64,000 bases of DNA, taken from assembly GCA_965242525.1 (NCBI GenBank), contig OZ251459.1, positions 1,344,001-1,408,000 of the forward strand, given 5' to 3'. The stretch's first letter is position 1. Each line of letters opens with the position of its first letter. Shown in pieces: positions 27,924-38,130 of this stretch. Both the position numbers and the translations under genes were made by a program. Origin of the DNA: an uncultured Candidatus Binatia bacterium (GTDB lineage Bacteria > Desulfobacterota > Binatia > UBA9968 > JAJDTQ01). The notes under the pieces are model-generated. The model was given only the letters and a program-made list of their open reading frames with translations, was not told where the DNA came from and made no database searches.

Positions 27924-29570
27924 TTAGAACGCGCCCTTGTGGGAGTATTCGATCTCCGCTCCGGTGATGAACTCCAGCAAGGCCGCCCTGCCCTCCTCGG
28001 TGGCCCGCCGGGCCCGGACGATGGCCGGGGCCACCGCGGCCGGCTCCTCCACCCGCTCCGCCCAACCGCCCATGGCCCTGGCCATGTCCGCGTAGTTGCC
28101 GCCCAGGTCCCGGGTCCCGTAACGTTCGTGGGACAGGGCCATGTGGCGCGTCTCCACCGCCATGGTGGAGTTGTTCAGCACGATGGTCAGTATGGGGATG
28201 TTCGACCGCACCGCGGTCTCGAAGTCCAGGCCGGTCATGCCGAAGGCGGCGTCTCCCATGAAGTTGACCACGAACTTTTCGGGCGCCGCGAGCTTGGCCC
28301 CCAGGTTCAGGCCCAACCCGGTGCCCAGGCCGTGGGACTTGCCCCACCCCAGGTAGGACCGCGGCCCCGCGGACCGATAGAACGGCATGAGCTGGTCCCG
28401 GGGGCTGCCGGAATCGTGGGTGACGATGGCCTCCGCGGGGTCCACCGCTTCCATGAACTCCCGGATGACCCGGTAGGGATTGATGGGCGCCTCGTCCGAC
28501 GTGAGCTTGGGCTTCCATTCCTCCAGCCACTGGGCCCGCAGCGCGGCGATCTCCGCCGCGGGCGAGCGCTCGGCCCTGGAGCCGCCGTTCAACAGATCCC
28601 CGACGGCCTCGACGAACTGCCGCAGCACCAGCTTGGCGTCGCCGATGACCGGGAAGTCCACGTGGTAGTTCTTGCCCATGTCGATGGGGTCGTCGATGGC
28701 CTGTATGAAGGTCTTGCCCCCGGGGACGGTGGTGGTCATGGGATGGCGGGTCAGGCTCGTGCCCACACCGAAGACCAGGTCCGCCTTCTCGAGGAAGCGG
28801 CGCACCGGCCGGTTCATCACCCCGGAAGCGCTTCCCAGCGACAGGGGATGGGTCTCGGGAAAGGCGCTCTTGCCCCCCATGGTGGTCATCACCGGGATGT
28901 TCGTGAGCTCGGCCAACTCCAGCAACTCGGGTCCCGCCTCGGCGTAGAGCGCCCCCTGGCCGGCATGGATGACGGGGTCCCGGGCCTCCAGCAGCGCTTT
29001 GGCCGCGGCCATGACGTCCCGCGGGTCGGCCTCCGAGCAAGCCCCCTTGACCGGCCGATACGATTCCAGGACGGCCGGGTCGAGCTGCTCCGCGGCCACG
29101 TCCGCGGGTATCTCCACCATGACCGGACCCGGGCGCCCCATCTTGAGCCTGGCGAAGGCTCGCCTCATGGTGTCGATGACCCGGTCCGCGGTGGTGACCT
29201 GCTCCACGAACTTGGTCACCGGAGCGTAGTTCCGCAACGAACTGAACTGGGGGAACACGCCGTCCCGTTCCCGGGTGTGGCCCAGGGGCAGCAACAGCAC
29301 GGGCACCGCGTCGGAGAACGCGGTGGCGACCCCGGCGTAGGCGTTCTCCGCCCCGGGACCGAACTGCATGGCGAACACGCCCGGTGGGCGGCCGTTGTTG
29401 ACCCTGCTGTAGCCGTCCGCGATGCCCACGCCCACCCGTTCCTGTCGGCAGATGACGGGGCGGATGCCGCGCTCCGCCGCGGCTTCGATCAGGGTCGAGG
29501 TCGGGAACGCGCTCAGGTAGCGAATGCCCTCCCGCTCCAGGATATGCGCGATGACGTCCACCGTTCTCAT
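27924..29570 (-). CDS. Thiamine pyrophosphate-dependent enzyme (acetolactate synthase-like)
   Basis: RQERVG, GPGAEN, GDAAFGM...LNN. Confidence 0.92.
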   Translation of the reverse strand: MRTVDVIAHILEREGIRYLSAFPTSTLIEAAAERGIRPVICRQERVGVGIADGYSRVNNGRPPGVFAMQFGPGAENAYAGVATAFSDAVPVLLLPLGHTRERDGVFPQFSSLRNYAPVTKFVEQVTTADRVIDTMRRAFARLKMGRPGPVMVEIPADVAAEQLDPAVLESYRPVKGACSEADPRDVMAAAKALLEARDPVIHAGQGALYAEAGPELLELAELTNIPVMTTMGGKSAFPETHPLSLGSASGVMNRPVRRFLEKADLVFGVGTSLTRHPMTTTVPGGKTFIQAIDDPIDMGKNYHVDFPVIGDAKLVLRQFVEAVGDLLNGGSRAERSPAAEIAALRAQWLEEWKPKLTSDEAPINPYRVIREFMEAVDPAEAIVTHDSGSPRDQLMPFYRSAGPRSYLGWGKSHGLGTGLGLNLGAKLAAPEKFVVNFMGDAAFGMTGLDFETAVRSNIPILTIVLNNSTMAVETRHMALSHERYGTRDLGGNYADMARAMGGWAERVEEPAAVAPAIVRARRATEEGRAALLEFITGAEIEYSHKGAF

Positions 29571-29626
29571 GGGTTCGATCTTCCCCTATTGGCGCGCGAG
29601 CAAGGCCACGCCGGTCCACAAGGCGT

Positions 29627-30352
29627 CTAACGTCCGGGCCCGGGCAGGGCGAACGCGCTGCAAAGGGCTTCCCAGGTCCCGAGGTCGGCCAGCGTGCGCA
29701 AGGTGCTCAGCGTCGGCGGTATGACCGCCATGCGCCCGCGGTCCGCGCGTTCGAGTCCTTCCCCGGGGGTGATCCAGAGGCTTTCCGTCACCTCTTCCGA
29801 TACGCTGAGGGGCGTCTGGCCCTCGGGCAGGGGGGCCAGGAAGAAGCGCGTATCGAACCGCATGGCGTACCGTTCGGGCGTGGTCCGGTGGTAGAAATAG
29901 ACCGGGCTGCCGACGTCGCAACGAAGCCCTTCGGAGGCCAACAGGTCCGGGAAGCTGACGGACCCGCTCGACACGGACTCCCGCTTGGCCGCCACGCGTT
30001 CGCGCGTCTCCGCCCCCATGGCCGGGGCGCCGTCCGGTCCCACGCACAGGAGCACGCCCACTTCTTCGTACAGCTCCCGGACGGCGGCGACCCAATGGCC
30101 CATGGCGTCTTCGGCGCTGAGCTCGCCGCCCAGCCGGGCGCGGGCCTCCCCGGGCGAAAGGCCCCGGCACAACTCCAGCATGGCCGGAGAGCCGTCGGAA
30201 CCCTTGACGCTGCCTCCGGGAAAGACGAAGAAACCTCCCAGGAAGCGCATTTCCAGAGGGCGGCGCGTCATGAAGACTTCGAATATCCCGTCCTTCGCCG
30301 GGCGCACCAGGACGATGGTGGAGGCTCTCTTTGGAGGTCGGTTTTCCGGCAT
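29627..30352 (-). CDS. NUDIX hydrolase
   Basis: VFPGG...AAVRELYEEVG, RFDTRFF. Confidence 0.88.
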   Translation of the reverse strand: MPENRPPKRASTIVLVRPAKDGIFEVFMTRRPLEMRFLGGFFVFPGGSVKGSDGSPAMLELCRGLSPGEARARLGGELSAEDAMGHWVAAVRELYEEVGVLLCVGPDGAPAMGAETRERVAAKRESVSSGSVSFPDLLASEGLRCDVGSPVYFYHRTTPERYAMRFDTRFFLAPLPEGQTPLSVSEEVTESLWITPGEGLERADRGRMAVIPPTLSTLRTLADLGTWEALCSAFALPGPGR

Positions 30353-30403
30353 GGACCCTCAGCACGCTCGTATCGAGGTTGGGGCGAGCGCCGGTGGCCT
30401 GCT

Positions 30404-31021
30404 TCAGCCTGCCTGGCTCCGCAGCTTTTCCACCAGACCCTCGTAGGATTCCCGGTCGATCACGCGGTTGAACTGTGCGCGGTAGTTGTTGACCAGGCTG
30501 ATGTCCTCGACCACCACGTCGTAGATGCGCCATTCACCCGGACTTCCCGATCGGTGCAGGCGGTAGTCCACGTCGAACTTGCGTCCCTCCCGGTCCACGA
30601 TCAGGGTGTCCACATGGGCGAAACGGCCGTCGAGCCTTTCCCCGACCACCTGCGCTCGATGGGCATCGTAGGAAGTGATCCGGCCTGCATAGGTCCGTTC
30701 CAGCAAGCGGGAAAAGAGCCTGGTGAACTCCGCGCGCTGCTCGGGGGTCCGGCGGCGCCAGTGGCGGCCCAGCGACCGCCGGGCCATCTCGGAGAAGTCG
30801 AAGAGCGGCGCCACCACCGCCCGCAGGCGCTCGACCTTCTCGTCCTGCTCCAGGTCCGAATCGAGGACCGCAGTGGCCTTTTGCAGCACCCGTTCGACCT
30901 CCTGCCGGGGACCTGCCCCCTGCGCCCAGGACATGGACGCGAGCCCGCACAGGAGCAGCACGACCGCGCACGAGCCTCCGGGACCCACGAGACGCCTTCC
31001 TTCCCACCATGTCCGCTTCAT
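30404..31021 (-). CDS. MlaC/Ttg2D-family periplasmic lipid-binding protein
   Basis: Signal peptide; FDFSEMARRSLGRHW, WRIYDVVVEDISLVNNYRAQF; start approximate. Confidence 0.88.
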   Translation of the reverse strand: MKRTWWEGRRLVGPGGSCAVVLLLCGLASMSWAQGAGPRQEVERVLQKATAVLDSDLEQDEKVERLRAVVAPLFDFSEMARRSLGRHWRRRTPEQRAEFTRLFSRLLERTYAGRITSYDAHRAQVVGERLDGRFAHVDTLIVDREGRKFDVDYRLHRSGSPGEWRIYDVVVEDISLVNNYRAQFNRVIDRESYEGLVEKLRSQAG

Positions 31022-31087
31022 GACACCCCGCCCACAATCTACGCAATAATCCCCCGGAAGCCAAACAGGACGCCGCTTCACGTGACG

Positions 31088-31885
31088 TCAGGCGAGCCGC
31101 ACGGTCCTGGAGAAGTCGTAGCCCACCGGCACGTCGCTCTCGAACCTCCAGTCCACCCGGTCGCCGCTCCGCTCCGGCCCCATGTGCCGTTCGAGGAACC
31201 GGAACAACAGCGCCCATGCCTGCTCGGCCGCTTCGGGCCGGTAGCGACCGGGCATGGTGTCGTTGAGCCAACCGTGGGGCGCGTCCCGGAATATGCGGAT
31301 GGAGTAACTCTTCCACGCCTCTTCCAGCGCGCGCCGGAAGCGCAGCACGTCGTCCACCGAGATGATATGGTCGCTGTCCCCGAACACCCCCAGCACCGGG
31401 CAGGACAACTGCCGGATGAACTCCCCCACGGAGGCGGGGCGTTCGTCGTGGGGCTGCCAGTCGCGTTGGTAGATCCCGCCGTAGAACACCAGCGCGCACC
31501 GGAGGTCGTCCCGGTGGGCCGCGGCGAGCAGCGGCTGCCGTCCGGTCTGGCATACCCCCATCACCGCGATTCGCCGGCCGTCCACGTAGTCCAGCGCCCG
31601 CAGGTAACCCAGGCACTGGTCCAGGTCCACCAGCGCCTCCTCGTCCCGGATGCCGACGCCCACCTCCCCCCTGGCCAGCGCCTCCCGGTCTCCGTCGAAC
31701 CGGGAAAAGAGGTCCGGCGCCAACGTCACGTAGCCGCTGCGCGCCAGCCGCTCGGCGATGTCCGTCGTGTGCTCCACGATCCCGTAGCGCTCGTGGAGCT
31801 GGACCACCGCGGGGGCGCGGCCGCTTTCCGAGGCCCTCGCCAGATAGCCCTTCTTGCCCGGAGCGAACTCGACTTCGGAAATCAT
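31088..31885 (-). CDS. Dienelactone hydrolase family protein
   Basis: HERYG, APDLF, GVCQTG nucleophile elbow, APHGW. Confidence 0.88.
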   Translation of the reverse strand: MISEVEFAPGKKGYLARASESGRAPAVVQLHERYGIVEHTTDIAERLARSGYVTLAPDLFSRFDGDREALARGEVGVGIRDEEALVDLDQCLGYLRALDYVDGRRIAVMGVCQTGRQPLLAAAHRDDLRCALVFYGGIYQRDWQPHDERPASVGEFIRQLSCPVLGVFGDSDHIISVDDVLRFRRALEEAWKSYSIRIFRDAPHGWLNDTMPGRYRPEAAEQAWALLFRFLERHMGPERSGDRVDWRFESDVPVGYDFSRTVRLA

Positions 31886-31922
31886 GTGGGGCGCCTCCTT
31901 TCAGACCTTCACGCCGCACAGC

Positions 31923-32243
31923 CTACCGGACCGCGCCGGACCGAGCTCCGTCTTCCACCAGTTCCACCTTCAGGCGTTTGCCGAGCACCGAGGCTGCCTT
32001 GTCCATGGTCAGCAGCGTCACCGACGGGTTGTCCGGGTCGAGAAGCCGCGCCAGCGCCCCGCGGCTCGTCCGCATGCGGCGCGCCATCTCGGACTTGCTG
32101 ATACCTTCATCGCTCATACTCTGTTCGATCTGCCAAGCGAGCACTCTTTTGACGGCGATGGCGTGCACGTCCGCAAGGGTCCCGTCCTCTTCCAGCAACT
32201 CATCCAACGCAGAGCCAAGGTAGGGGTTCGACTTCTTCGTCAT
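31923..32243 (-). CDS. HTH (XRE-like) antitoxin
   Basis: GSALDELL, ISKSEMARRMRTSR...RLLDP, VTLLT; ATGA overlap with upstream toxin. Confidence 0.85.
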   Translation of the reverse strand: MTKKSNPYLGSALDELLEEDGTLADVHAIAVKRVLAWQIEQSMSDEGISKSEMARRMRTSRGALARLLDPDNPSVTLLTMDKAASVLGKRLKVELVEDGARSGAVR

Positions 32244-32608
32244 GTATCGGACTCCAGTTTGCGCTTCCGGTCGAGGGCCAGATCGATGTCGGCTTTCGGA
32301 GTTCTGTCCGTCTTCTTGATGAATCCATGCAGCAGGACCATTTTGCCGTCATCGACACAGAAAAGGACACGAGAGACCCGATTGTCGAGACGGGTCCTGA
32401 CTTCATGAAGACCGCGCCCAAGGGGTCTGCAGGTCGGCATTCCGATGGGCCAACCGAACTCGACCGTCTTGATGTCCGTCCCGATACGGAACCGGTCCTC
32501 CTTGCCCAGGGACTTCAGCCACTCTCGAACCGGCTCCGTGCCGGTTTCGGAGCGGAAGAAAACCGCCTCGATGCGTTTCAGGCCACGGTCCACAGCGGAC
32601 GGTATCAA
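32240..32608 (-). CDS. RelE/ParE-like (Gp49/DUF891) toxin
   Basis: EPVREWL, GWPIGMP, GLHEVRT, LLHGFIKKT; start uncertain. Confidence 0.85.
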   Translation of the reverse strand: MIPSAVDRGLKRIEAVFFRSETGTEPVREWLKSLGKEDRFRIGTDIKTVEFGWPIGMPTCRPLGRGLHEVRTRLDNRVSRVLFCVDDGKMVLLHGFIKKTDRTPKADIDLALDRKRKLESDT

Positions 32609-32725
32609 AATTGGTCCAGTCCATCAACAGGAAGCACTTCGAGGAACTTCCTGCCTCCGTACGCCAAGCGCGTGGGAACCCGATATGGACGTTCCGAAGA
32701 CGGACCCCGGTACGACCTCGACACG

Positions 32726-33541
32726 TCACCGCGGGCCACGGCGGTGAACTGGCATGGCAGGGACGGGGTAGAGTGCGTCCAGGGCCGCGGTGCGCAGGTC
32801 ATAGGGGGGCCGGAACGCGGCCGTGGCCTCCATGAACGACCGGACCACCGGGGGAAGAGCGTCCTCGCAAGGCGACCCGTCTTCGACGGCGCGCCGGACT
32901 CCGCTCGATGACTGGTCCCGCAGGCGGGAGGGAAGCGCGAGGGGATGGACCCGGTCCCGGTAAGGGGCGTTGTCGGGCCGTTCCAGAAGCGTTCGCAGTT
33001 CCTCGCCGCCCCAGGACTCCCGATTGGCGGCGATGAGCCGGGCGCAGGCGAACAGCGCGCCCAAGGCCTGGTCCCGGTGGTCGTAGTACCGGGGGTCGAA
33101 GATCTGGAGCACCTTGTCCATGCCCACGATGAACCAGAGGTCCGCGCCGAAGCAGGCGCCGAACGCGGGCGCCTGCTCGTAGTAGAGGCCCCGGTTCACC
33201 ACCGCGACGCCGGCCCAGGCGCGCTCCTCCGCCATCAGTGACAGGAGCAGCAGCCGGTCCTCCCGGCACAGCCCCTGCACCCGCTCCTTGTCGACGATGA
33301 CGCTGCTCAGGGAGAATACGACGCGGTCCAGGCGGAAACGGCGTCGGGCCGCGGCGGCCAACTCCATGTGGGCGACGGTGGGCGGATTGAACGAGCCCGG
33401 CAGGATGCCCACCCGGCCGCGGCCCGCACGGTCCGGGCCAGCCACCGGGACGGCCTTGGGAGAGGGGCTGTCCTCGACGCTTTCCAGCGCCTCCCGGAAA
33501 CGGAGGAGGCGCCGGACGTCCGAGAAGTCGTGCTGCGGCAA
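32726..33541 (-). CDS. NadD-like nucleotidyltransferase
   Basis: GILPGSFNPPTVAH, FIVGMDK, SSSGVR. Confidence 0.78.
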   Translation of the reverse strand: MPQHDFSDVRRLLRFREALESVEDSPSPKAVPVAGPDRAGRGRVGILPGSFNPPTVAHMELAAAARRRFRLDRVVFSLSSVIVDKERVQGLCREDRLLLLSLMAEERAWAGVAVVNRGLYYEQAPAFGACFGADLWFIVGMDKVLQIFDPRYYDHRDQALGALFACARLIAANRESWGGEELRTLLERPDNAPYRDRVHPLALPSRLRDQSSSGVRRAVEDGSPCEDALPPVVRSFMEATAAFRPPYDLRTAALDALYPVPAMPVHRRGPR

Positions 33542-33547
33542 GCTCCC

Positions 33548-33697
33548 CTATTTCCAGATCCTGGGGCTTTCCTGCTCGGGGAAATAGAGGTCGCAGAAGG
33601 GGCAGTGGAACTCCATGCCCGACCCCAGCATGTGCGGGTTCACCACGAACTTCTCTTTCCTCTCGCAGGGACACGTCACTTCAACGGCCTGACCCAT
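33548..33697 (-). CDS. 49-aa Cys-rich (Zn-ribbon-like) protein downstream of ubiD
   Basis: Below the ORF-track cutoff; RBS AAAGGAG; MGQAVEVTCPCERKEKFVVNPHMLGSGMEFHCPFCDLYFPEQESPRIWK. Confidence 0.72.
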   Translation of the reverse strand: MGQAVEVTCPCERKEKFVVNPHMLGSGMEFHCPFCDLYFPEQESPRIWK

Positions 33698-33749
33698 GAG
33701 ACGCTCTCCTTTCGTTCCGTTCCGTCTGCAACCGTCGCCGCACCGGCCG

Positions 33750-35195
33750 CTAGGACCAGTAAGTGGTGCGGTCGATGGGGATGTGGGAGAGGATCTCCCC
33801 CGGTATGAAGTCCTCGACCTTGATCCGTTCCATGGCTTCTTCCGGCACCTTCGACACCGGGGAGAACGGACGGTCCAGCGGTCGGGTGGCGTCCACGATC
33901 ATGCCGGAGGTCTTGATCTCGTCCACCAGCGACGGGTCCAGGAAGTTGCCGCGGAACAGCGGCTGGAGGATCGAAACCTGGCGGTGCGGCTGCACCCGCG
34001 TGGCCAGCGCCCACAGGATGTCCGTGGGGTTATAGACGTTGATGTCGTCGTCGAAGACGAAGACGTTCTTGGTGTGGTCGAAGGTCAGGGCCGCGGCCGC
34101 AGCCCGGCCCGGGTCCCCTTCGGACAGCTTCTTCATGGAGATGAACACGTTGTAGTGGGCGTGCCGGCCCATCTTGCAGACCGCGGTGACTCCCGGCACC
34201 GCCTCCCGGCACCGCCTGAGGTAGGCGCCTTCCCGGGGCAGGTCCATCCAGGGCTTGTCGCCTTCCGGCGTGATGATGGACTGGAACATGGCGCCCTTGC
34301 GCCAGTTCATGGCGGTGACCTTGTACTCCACGCAGGTGGTGTAGCGCTGCGGACCCAGGTAGCCGGGGGCCTCCCCGAAGGGACCTTCCACCACCCGTTT
34401 GTTGGGTTGGAGCAGACCCTCGATGACCACTTCCGCGTCCGCGGGAATGAGGAAGTTGTCGCCCCAGGTGGACGACGGCGTGAGCCGCAGGGGCTCCTGC
34501 ATGTAGCCGCCGATGATCTCGAACTCGCTGACCTCGAACGGGCCGCTGTAGCACGCGCCCATGTGGTAGGCCGGGTGGTGCCCCAGGACCGTGGCCACCG
34601 GACACTCCAGGTCGTTGTCCTCGTAGTCCTTGAAGATCTTCCACAGGTGGCGCGGGGAGGCGTACAGGGCGGTGCTCTGCGGCGACTTCACCTCCATCCG
34701 GTGGTACGAGCAGTTGTAGATGCCCGAGGTCCGTTCCCTGGTGACCGTGGACATGACGATGTACGGGCCCCCGTCCATGTAGTGGTGCCGCATGATGGGG
34801 ATCTGGTAGATGTCCACGTCCTTGCCGGTCTGGACGTTCTCCATCACCGGCGCCTGGTCCCGCTCGACCACCACCGGCGCGATGCGGTGCTCCTCCCGCT
34901 CGAGACAGACGTCGGTCATGGCCTCGCGGCTCATGTTCCTGTCCACCCCCAGCGCCACCTGGGTCTTGCCCTGGGAGATCTCGCAGTTCATGGTCAACTT
35001 GATGTCGGACGGTTTTCCGTGGAGGTTCAAGGGGTTGTCGAACACCAGGATGGGGAACTTCCGCAACTCGTCGAGATGCTTGATGAGCGCGCTCACGTCG
35101 TAGTGGGCCGGGTCCAGCGGCTTGGTCACGTGGACCACTTCGTTGGGGATCTCGCGCCGGCAGTCTTCCAGAAACGACCCCAGGCTCTTGGGCAT
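33750..35195 (-). CDS. UbiD-family decarboxylase
   Basis: DGGPY, YNCSYHR, EGPFGEAPGY, DDDINVY, WALATR. Confidence 0.92.
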   Translation of the reverse strand: MPKSLGSFLEDCRREIPNEVVHVTKPLDPAHYDVSALIKHLDELRKFPILVFDNPLNLHGKPSDIKLTMNCEISQGKTQVALGVDRNMSREAMTDVCLEREEHRIAPVVVERDQAPVMENVQTGKDVDIYQIPIMRHHYMDGGPYIVMSTVTRERTSGIYNCSYHRMEVKSPQSTALYASPRHLWKIFKDYEDNDLECPVATVLGHHPAYHMGACYSGPFEVSEFEIIGGYMQEPLRLTPSSTWGDNFLIPADAEVVIEGLLQPNKRVVEGPFGEAPGYLGPQRYTTCVEYKVTAMNWRKGAMFQSIITPEGDKPWMDLPREGAYLRRCREAVPGVTAVCKMGRHAHYNVFISMKKLSEGDPGRAAAAALTFDHTKNVFVFDDDINVYNPTDILWALATRVQPHRQVSILQPLFRGNFLDPSLVDEIKTSGMIVDATRPLDRPFSPVSKVPEEAMERIKVEDFIPGEILSHIPIDRTTYWS

Positions 35196-35246
35196 GTGTC
35201 ACCTCTTTCGGGGGATGATCTCGGATTCTCCGAAAAATCCGGTTCT

Positions 35247-35325
35247 TAGCCAAAGCGCCGGAGTTTGTCAAACCGCCCGCGGCCGGGATTTCTGGTTGAC
35301 ACGGGGAGCCAACCCGCAATACAAG
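35247..35325. promoter_or_regulatory. Divergent sigma70-like promoters (ubiD and tct operon)
   Basis: Minus strand TTGACA-N17-TAAGAA; plus strand TTGACA at 35296 with a weak -10. Confidence 0.4.
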
Positions 35326-35426
35326 GCCAACTGTCCGGCCGCGCGCCGGGCGCCCCGGATCACGGCCGACGCCGGCCGCGCCCGCGGGCAACCAACGGAG
35401 ATCGAAGAGACAGGAAGGAGCATTCC

Positions 35427-36500
35427 ATGAATGGACGTCCAGCCGCCGTTGCAGCCATCGCCCTGTGCCTCGCTTTCGGCGCCGCCCCCAAGGCCGCGGC
35501 CCAGGTCTCCTTCGAGGGCAAGACCGTCGCCATCCTGATCCCCTACTCGGTGGGCGGAGCCGCGGACATCATGGCGCGCCAGATGCTGCCCTTCATCGGG
35601 AAGCAGATACCGGGGAACCCCACCACCATCATCAAGAACATGCCCGGGGGCGGAGGCATCGTGGGCGAGAACTGGGTGTACAACTCCGCGCCCGCGGACG
35701 GCACCGTCATCGGGCAGTTCTCCACCTCGGTGACCGACAGCATCTTCAAGCCCGACAAGGTCAAGTTCGACCTGGACAAGCTGCAGTGGCTGGGGGGCGT
35801 GCGGGAGACCACCGTCACCTTCGTCAGCAAGGATCTGGGCATCACCCGGGGGAGCGAGCTGGCCGGACTCGACGAGAAACTCTTCTTCGGCACCACGTCG
35901 ATACAGAGCCCGCGCTCCATGCTGCCGCGGCTGCTCCTGAGGATCCTGGGAAAGGACCACAAGCTGGTGACGGGGTACGGCAGCAGCGGCGACATGCGCG
36001 CGGCCATCCGCCGGGGCGAACTGAACATGACCAACGACAGCCAGAGCGGCTACTTCGCCGCGGTCCTGCCCATGGTCCGGGAAGGCGCCGTAGTACCCAT
36101 CGCCCAAGAGGGAACGGTCCAGGACGGGAAGATCGTGAGGGACCCCCGTCTGCCCGACCTCCCCACCTATTACGAGATCGTCCTGGAGGCCAAGGGGGAG
36201 TCCATCCGGAAGCACCCGGATTACCGGGCCATGGAACTCCTGGCGTACCTGTCGGGGGTCCGCCGCGGCTGGGTCTATGCGGCGCGGGTGCCGAAGGACG
36301 TCTTCGCCTCCATGGCCGCGAGCTTCGACCGGTTCCTGAAGGACCCGGAGATGGCCGCCCACTTCGAGAAGGCCATCGGCTTCGAGCTGGTGTCGCTCAA
36401 CGCGCCGCAGGCCCAGGCCATCATCGACAGGGTGGTGGAGATCCGGCAGCGCGACCCGGAAGCCATCGAAGTCCTGAAGGCCATGGCGCAGAAGCCCTGA
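35427..36500 (+). CDS. Tripartite tricarboxylate transporter substrate-binding protein (TctC/Bug)
   Basis: Signal peptide; PYSVGGAAD, NMPGGGG, ADGTVI; RBS GGAAGGAG. Confidence 0.9.
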   Translation: MNGRPAAVAAIALCLAFGAAPKAAAQVSFEGKTVAILIPYSVGGAADIMARQMLPFIGKQIPGNPTTIIKNMPGGGGIVGENWVYNSAPADGTVIGQFSTSVTDSIFKPDKVKFDLDKLQWLGGVRETTVTFVSKDLGITRGSELAGLDEKLFFGTTSIQSPRSMLPRLLLRILGKDHKLVTGYGSSGDMRAAIRRGELNMTNDSQSGYFAAVLPMVREGAVVPIAQEGTVQDGKIVRDPRLPDLPTYYEIVLEAKGESIRKHPDYRAMELLAYLSGVRRGWVYAARVPKDVFASMAASFDRFLKDPEMAAHFEKAIGFELVSLNAPQAQAIIDRVVEIRQRDPEAIEVLKAMAQKP

Positions 36501-36528
36501 GCGCTCCTGCCGCCCCCGCGTCCCCGTC

Positions 36529-38130
36529 GTGACCCTCAAGCGAAGCCTGGGCTGGCTCGCCCTCCTCGCGTTCCTCGCCGCGTGGATCTTCCTGGCCGAG
36601 GGCATGGCCGGGAAGATCGGCGCGGCCTCGCTGGAAGGCCTGTCCCGGGTGTTCTCCTGGCCGGCCTTCGGCTACCTGCTGCTGGGCAACGCCATCGGCT
36701 TTGCCGTGGGCATGCTGCCGGGTCTCGGGGGACCCGTGACCATGGCCCTCATGCTCGGGTTCGCGTTCCAACTGGAGATGGACGCGGTGGAGGCCTTCTC
36801 CTTCCTGCTCGGCATGATGGCCGTGACCGCCACCACCGGCGACATCACCTCCATACTCTTCGGAATCCCCGGCGAGGGCTCCACCGCCTCCACCATCGTG
36901 GAAGGCCATCCCATGGCCAAGAAGGGGGAGGCCGGACGGGCCCTGGGCGCGTCGCTCATGAGCTCGCTCATGGGCGCGCTCATCGGCGCGGGCGCCATCG
37001 CCGCGGCCATCCCCGTGGTCACCCCGCTGGTGCTCGCCCTGGGCACGCCGGAGTTCTTCATGCTCACGGTGGCGGGGGTCACCTTCGTGGGCGCCCTGAG
37101 CGGCGGCAGCGTGGTCAAGGGACTGGCCGCGGGCGGCCTGGGCTTCCTCTTCTCGCTGGTGGGCCTGGACCCGCAGACCGCCACCGAGCGCTACACCTTC
37201 GGCTTCCTCTACCTGTGGGGGGGCGGCGAGACCGGGGGCGCGGGCATCGGGCTGGTGCCGGCCACGGTGGGGCTGTTCGCCATTCCCGAGATCATCGACC
37301 TCGCCGCCAAGGGGGGCAGCATCGCCCAGGTCCACGCGGGCAGGCTCGGGGGCGTGCTCCGGGGGGTCGGGGACGCGCTGCGCCACTGGCGGCTGGTGGT
37401 CCGGTGCAGCGCGGTGGGCGCCTACATCGGCGTCATCCCCGGCATGGGCGGACCCGTGTCCCAATGGGTGGCCTACGCCCTGGCCATGCAGTCGTCGGGC
37501 AAGCAGGACCGGGTGGGGACCGGGGTCATCGAGGGGGTGGTGGGGCCCGGCGCGGCCAACAACTCGACCCTGGGCGGCGCGCTCATACCCACCATCGCCT
37601 TCGGCATCCCGGGCAACGTCACCACCGCCATCCTGCTGGGGGCGTTCCTCGTCCTGGGCCTGCGCCCCGGCACCTCCATGCTGACCCGGGACCTGGACGT
37701 GACCTTCTCGCTGATCTGGGTCCTGGTGGTGTCCAACGTCATCACGGTCTCGGTCTGCTTCCTCTTCCTGAACCAGTTGGCGCGCCTCACCCGCATCAAG
37801 GGCACGCTGCTGATACCGCCGCTGCTGCTGTTCATCTACCTGGGCTCCTACACCCACACCAACAGCTTCGGCGACATCCTCGTCACCTTGGCCTTCGGCG
37901 CCCTGGGCTGGCTCATGGTGGTGTTCGACTGGTCCCGGCCCGCCCTCCTGCTGGGACTGGTGCTGGGCCGGCTGGCCGACAACTACCTCTGGATCAGCTA
38001 CTCGCGCTACGACTTCGGCTTCCTCGCGCGGCCCGGAGTCCTGGTCATCCTGTGCCTCATCCTGGCCAGCGTCTTCTACCCCGCGGCGCGCAGCCGCTTC
38101 CGCCGCCGGACCCCCGAGCCTGCGCCATGA
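36529..38130 (+). CDS. Tripartite tricarboxylate transporter permease TctA
   Basis: GMLPGLG, ILFGIPG, EGHPMAKKG, GAANNS, FGIPG. Confidence 0.92.
   Translation: MTLKRSLGWLALLAFLAAWIFLAEGMAGKIGAASLEGLSRVFSWPAFGYLLLGNAIGFAVGMLPGLGGPVTMALMLGFAFQLEMDAVEAFSFLLGMMAVTATTGDITSILFGIPGEGSTASTIVEGHPMAKKGEAGRALGASLMSSLMGALIGAGAIAAAIPVVTPLVLALGTPEFFMLTVAGVTFVGALSGGSVVKGLAAGGLGFLFSLVGLDPQTATERYTFGFLYLWGGGETGGAGIGLVPATVGLFAIPEIIDLAAKGGSIAQVHAGRLGGVLRGVGDALRHWRLVVRCSAVGAYIGVIPGMGGPVSQWVAYALAMQSSGKQDRVGTGVIEGVVGPGAANNSTLGGALIPTIAFGIPGNVTTAILLGAFLVLGLRPGTSMLTRDLDVTFSLIWVLVVSNVITVSVCFLFLNQLARLTRIKGTLLIPPLLLFIYLGSYTHTNSFGDILVTLAFGALGWLMVVFDWSRPALLLGLVLGRLADNYLWISYSRYDFGFLARPGVLVILCLILASVFYPAARSRFRRRTPEPAP

Noticed and set aside
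25677-29630. Very long alternative ORFs (1317 aa here; also 21484-23706, 11783-13912, 15705-17963, 50617-52896 and others)
   Set aside because: Antisense or off-frame shadows of real genes in high-GC DNA; no recognisable motifs.
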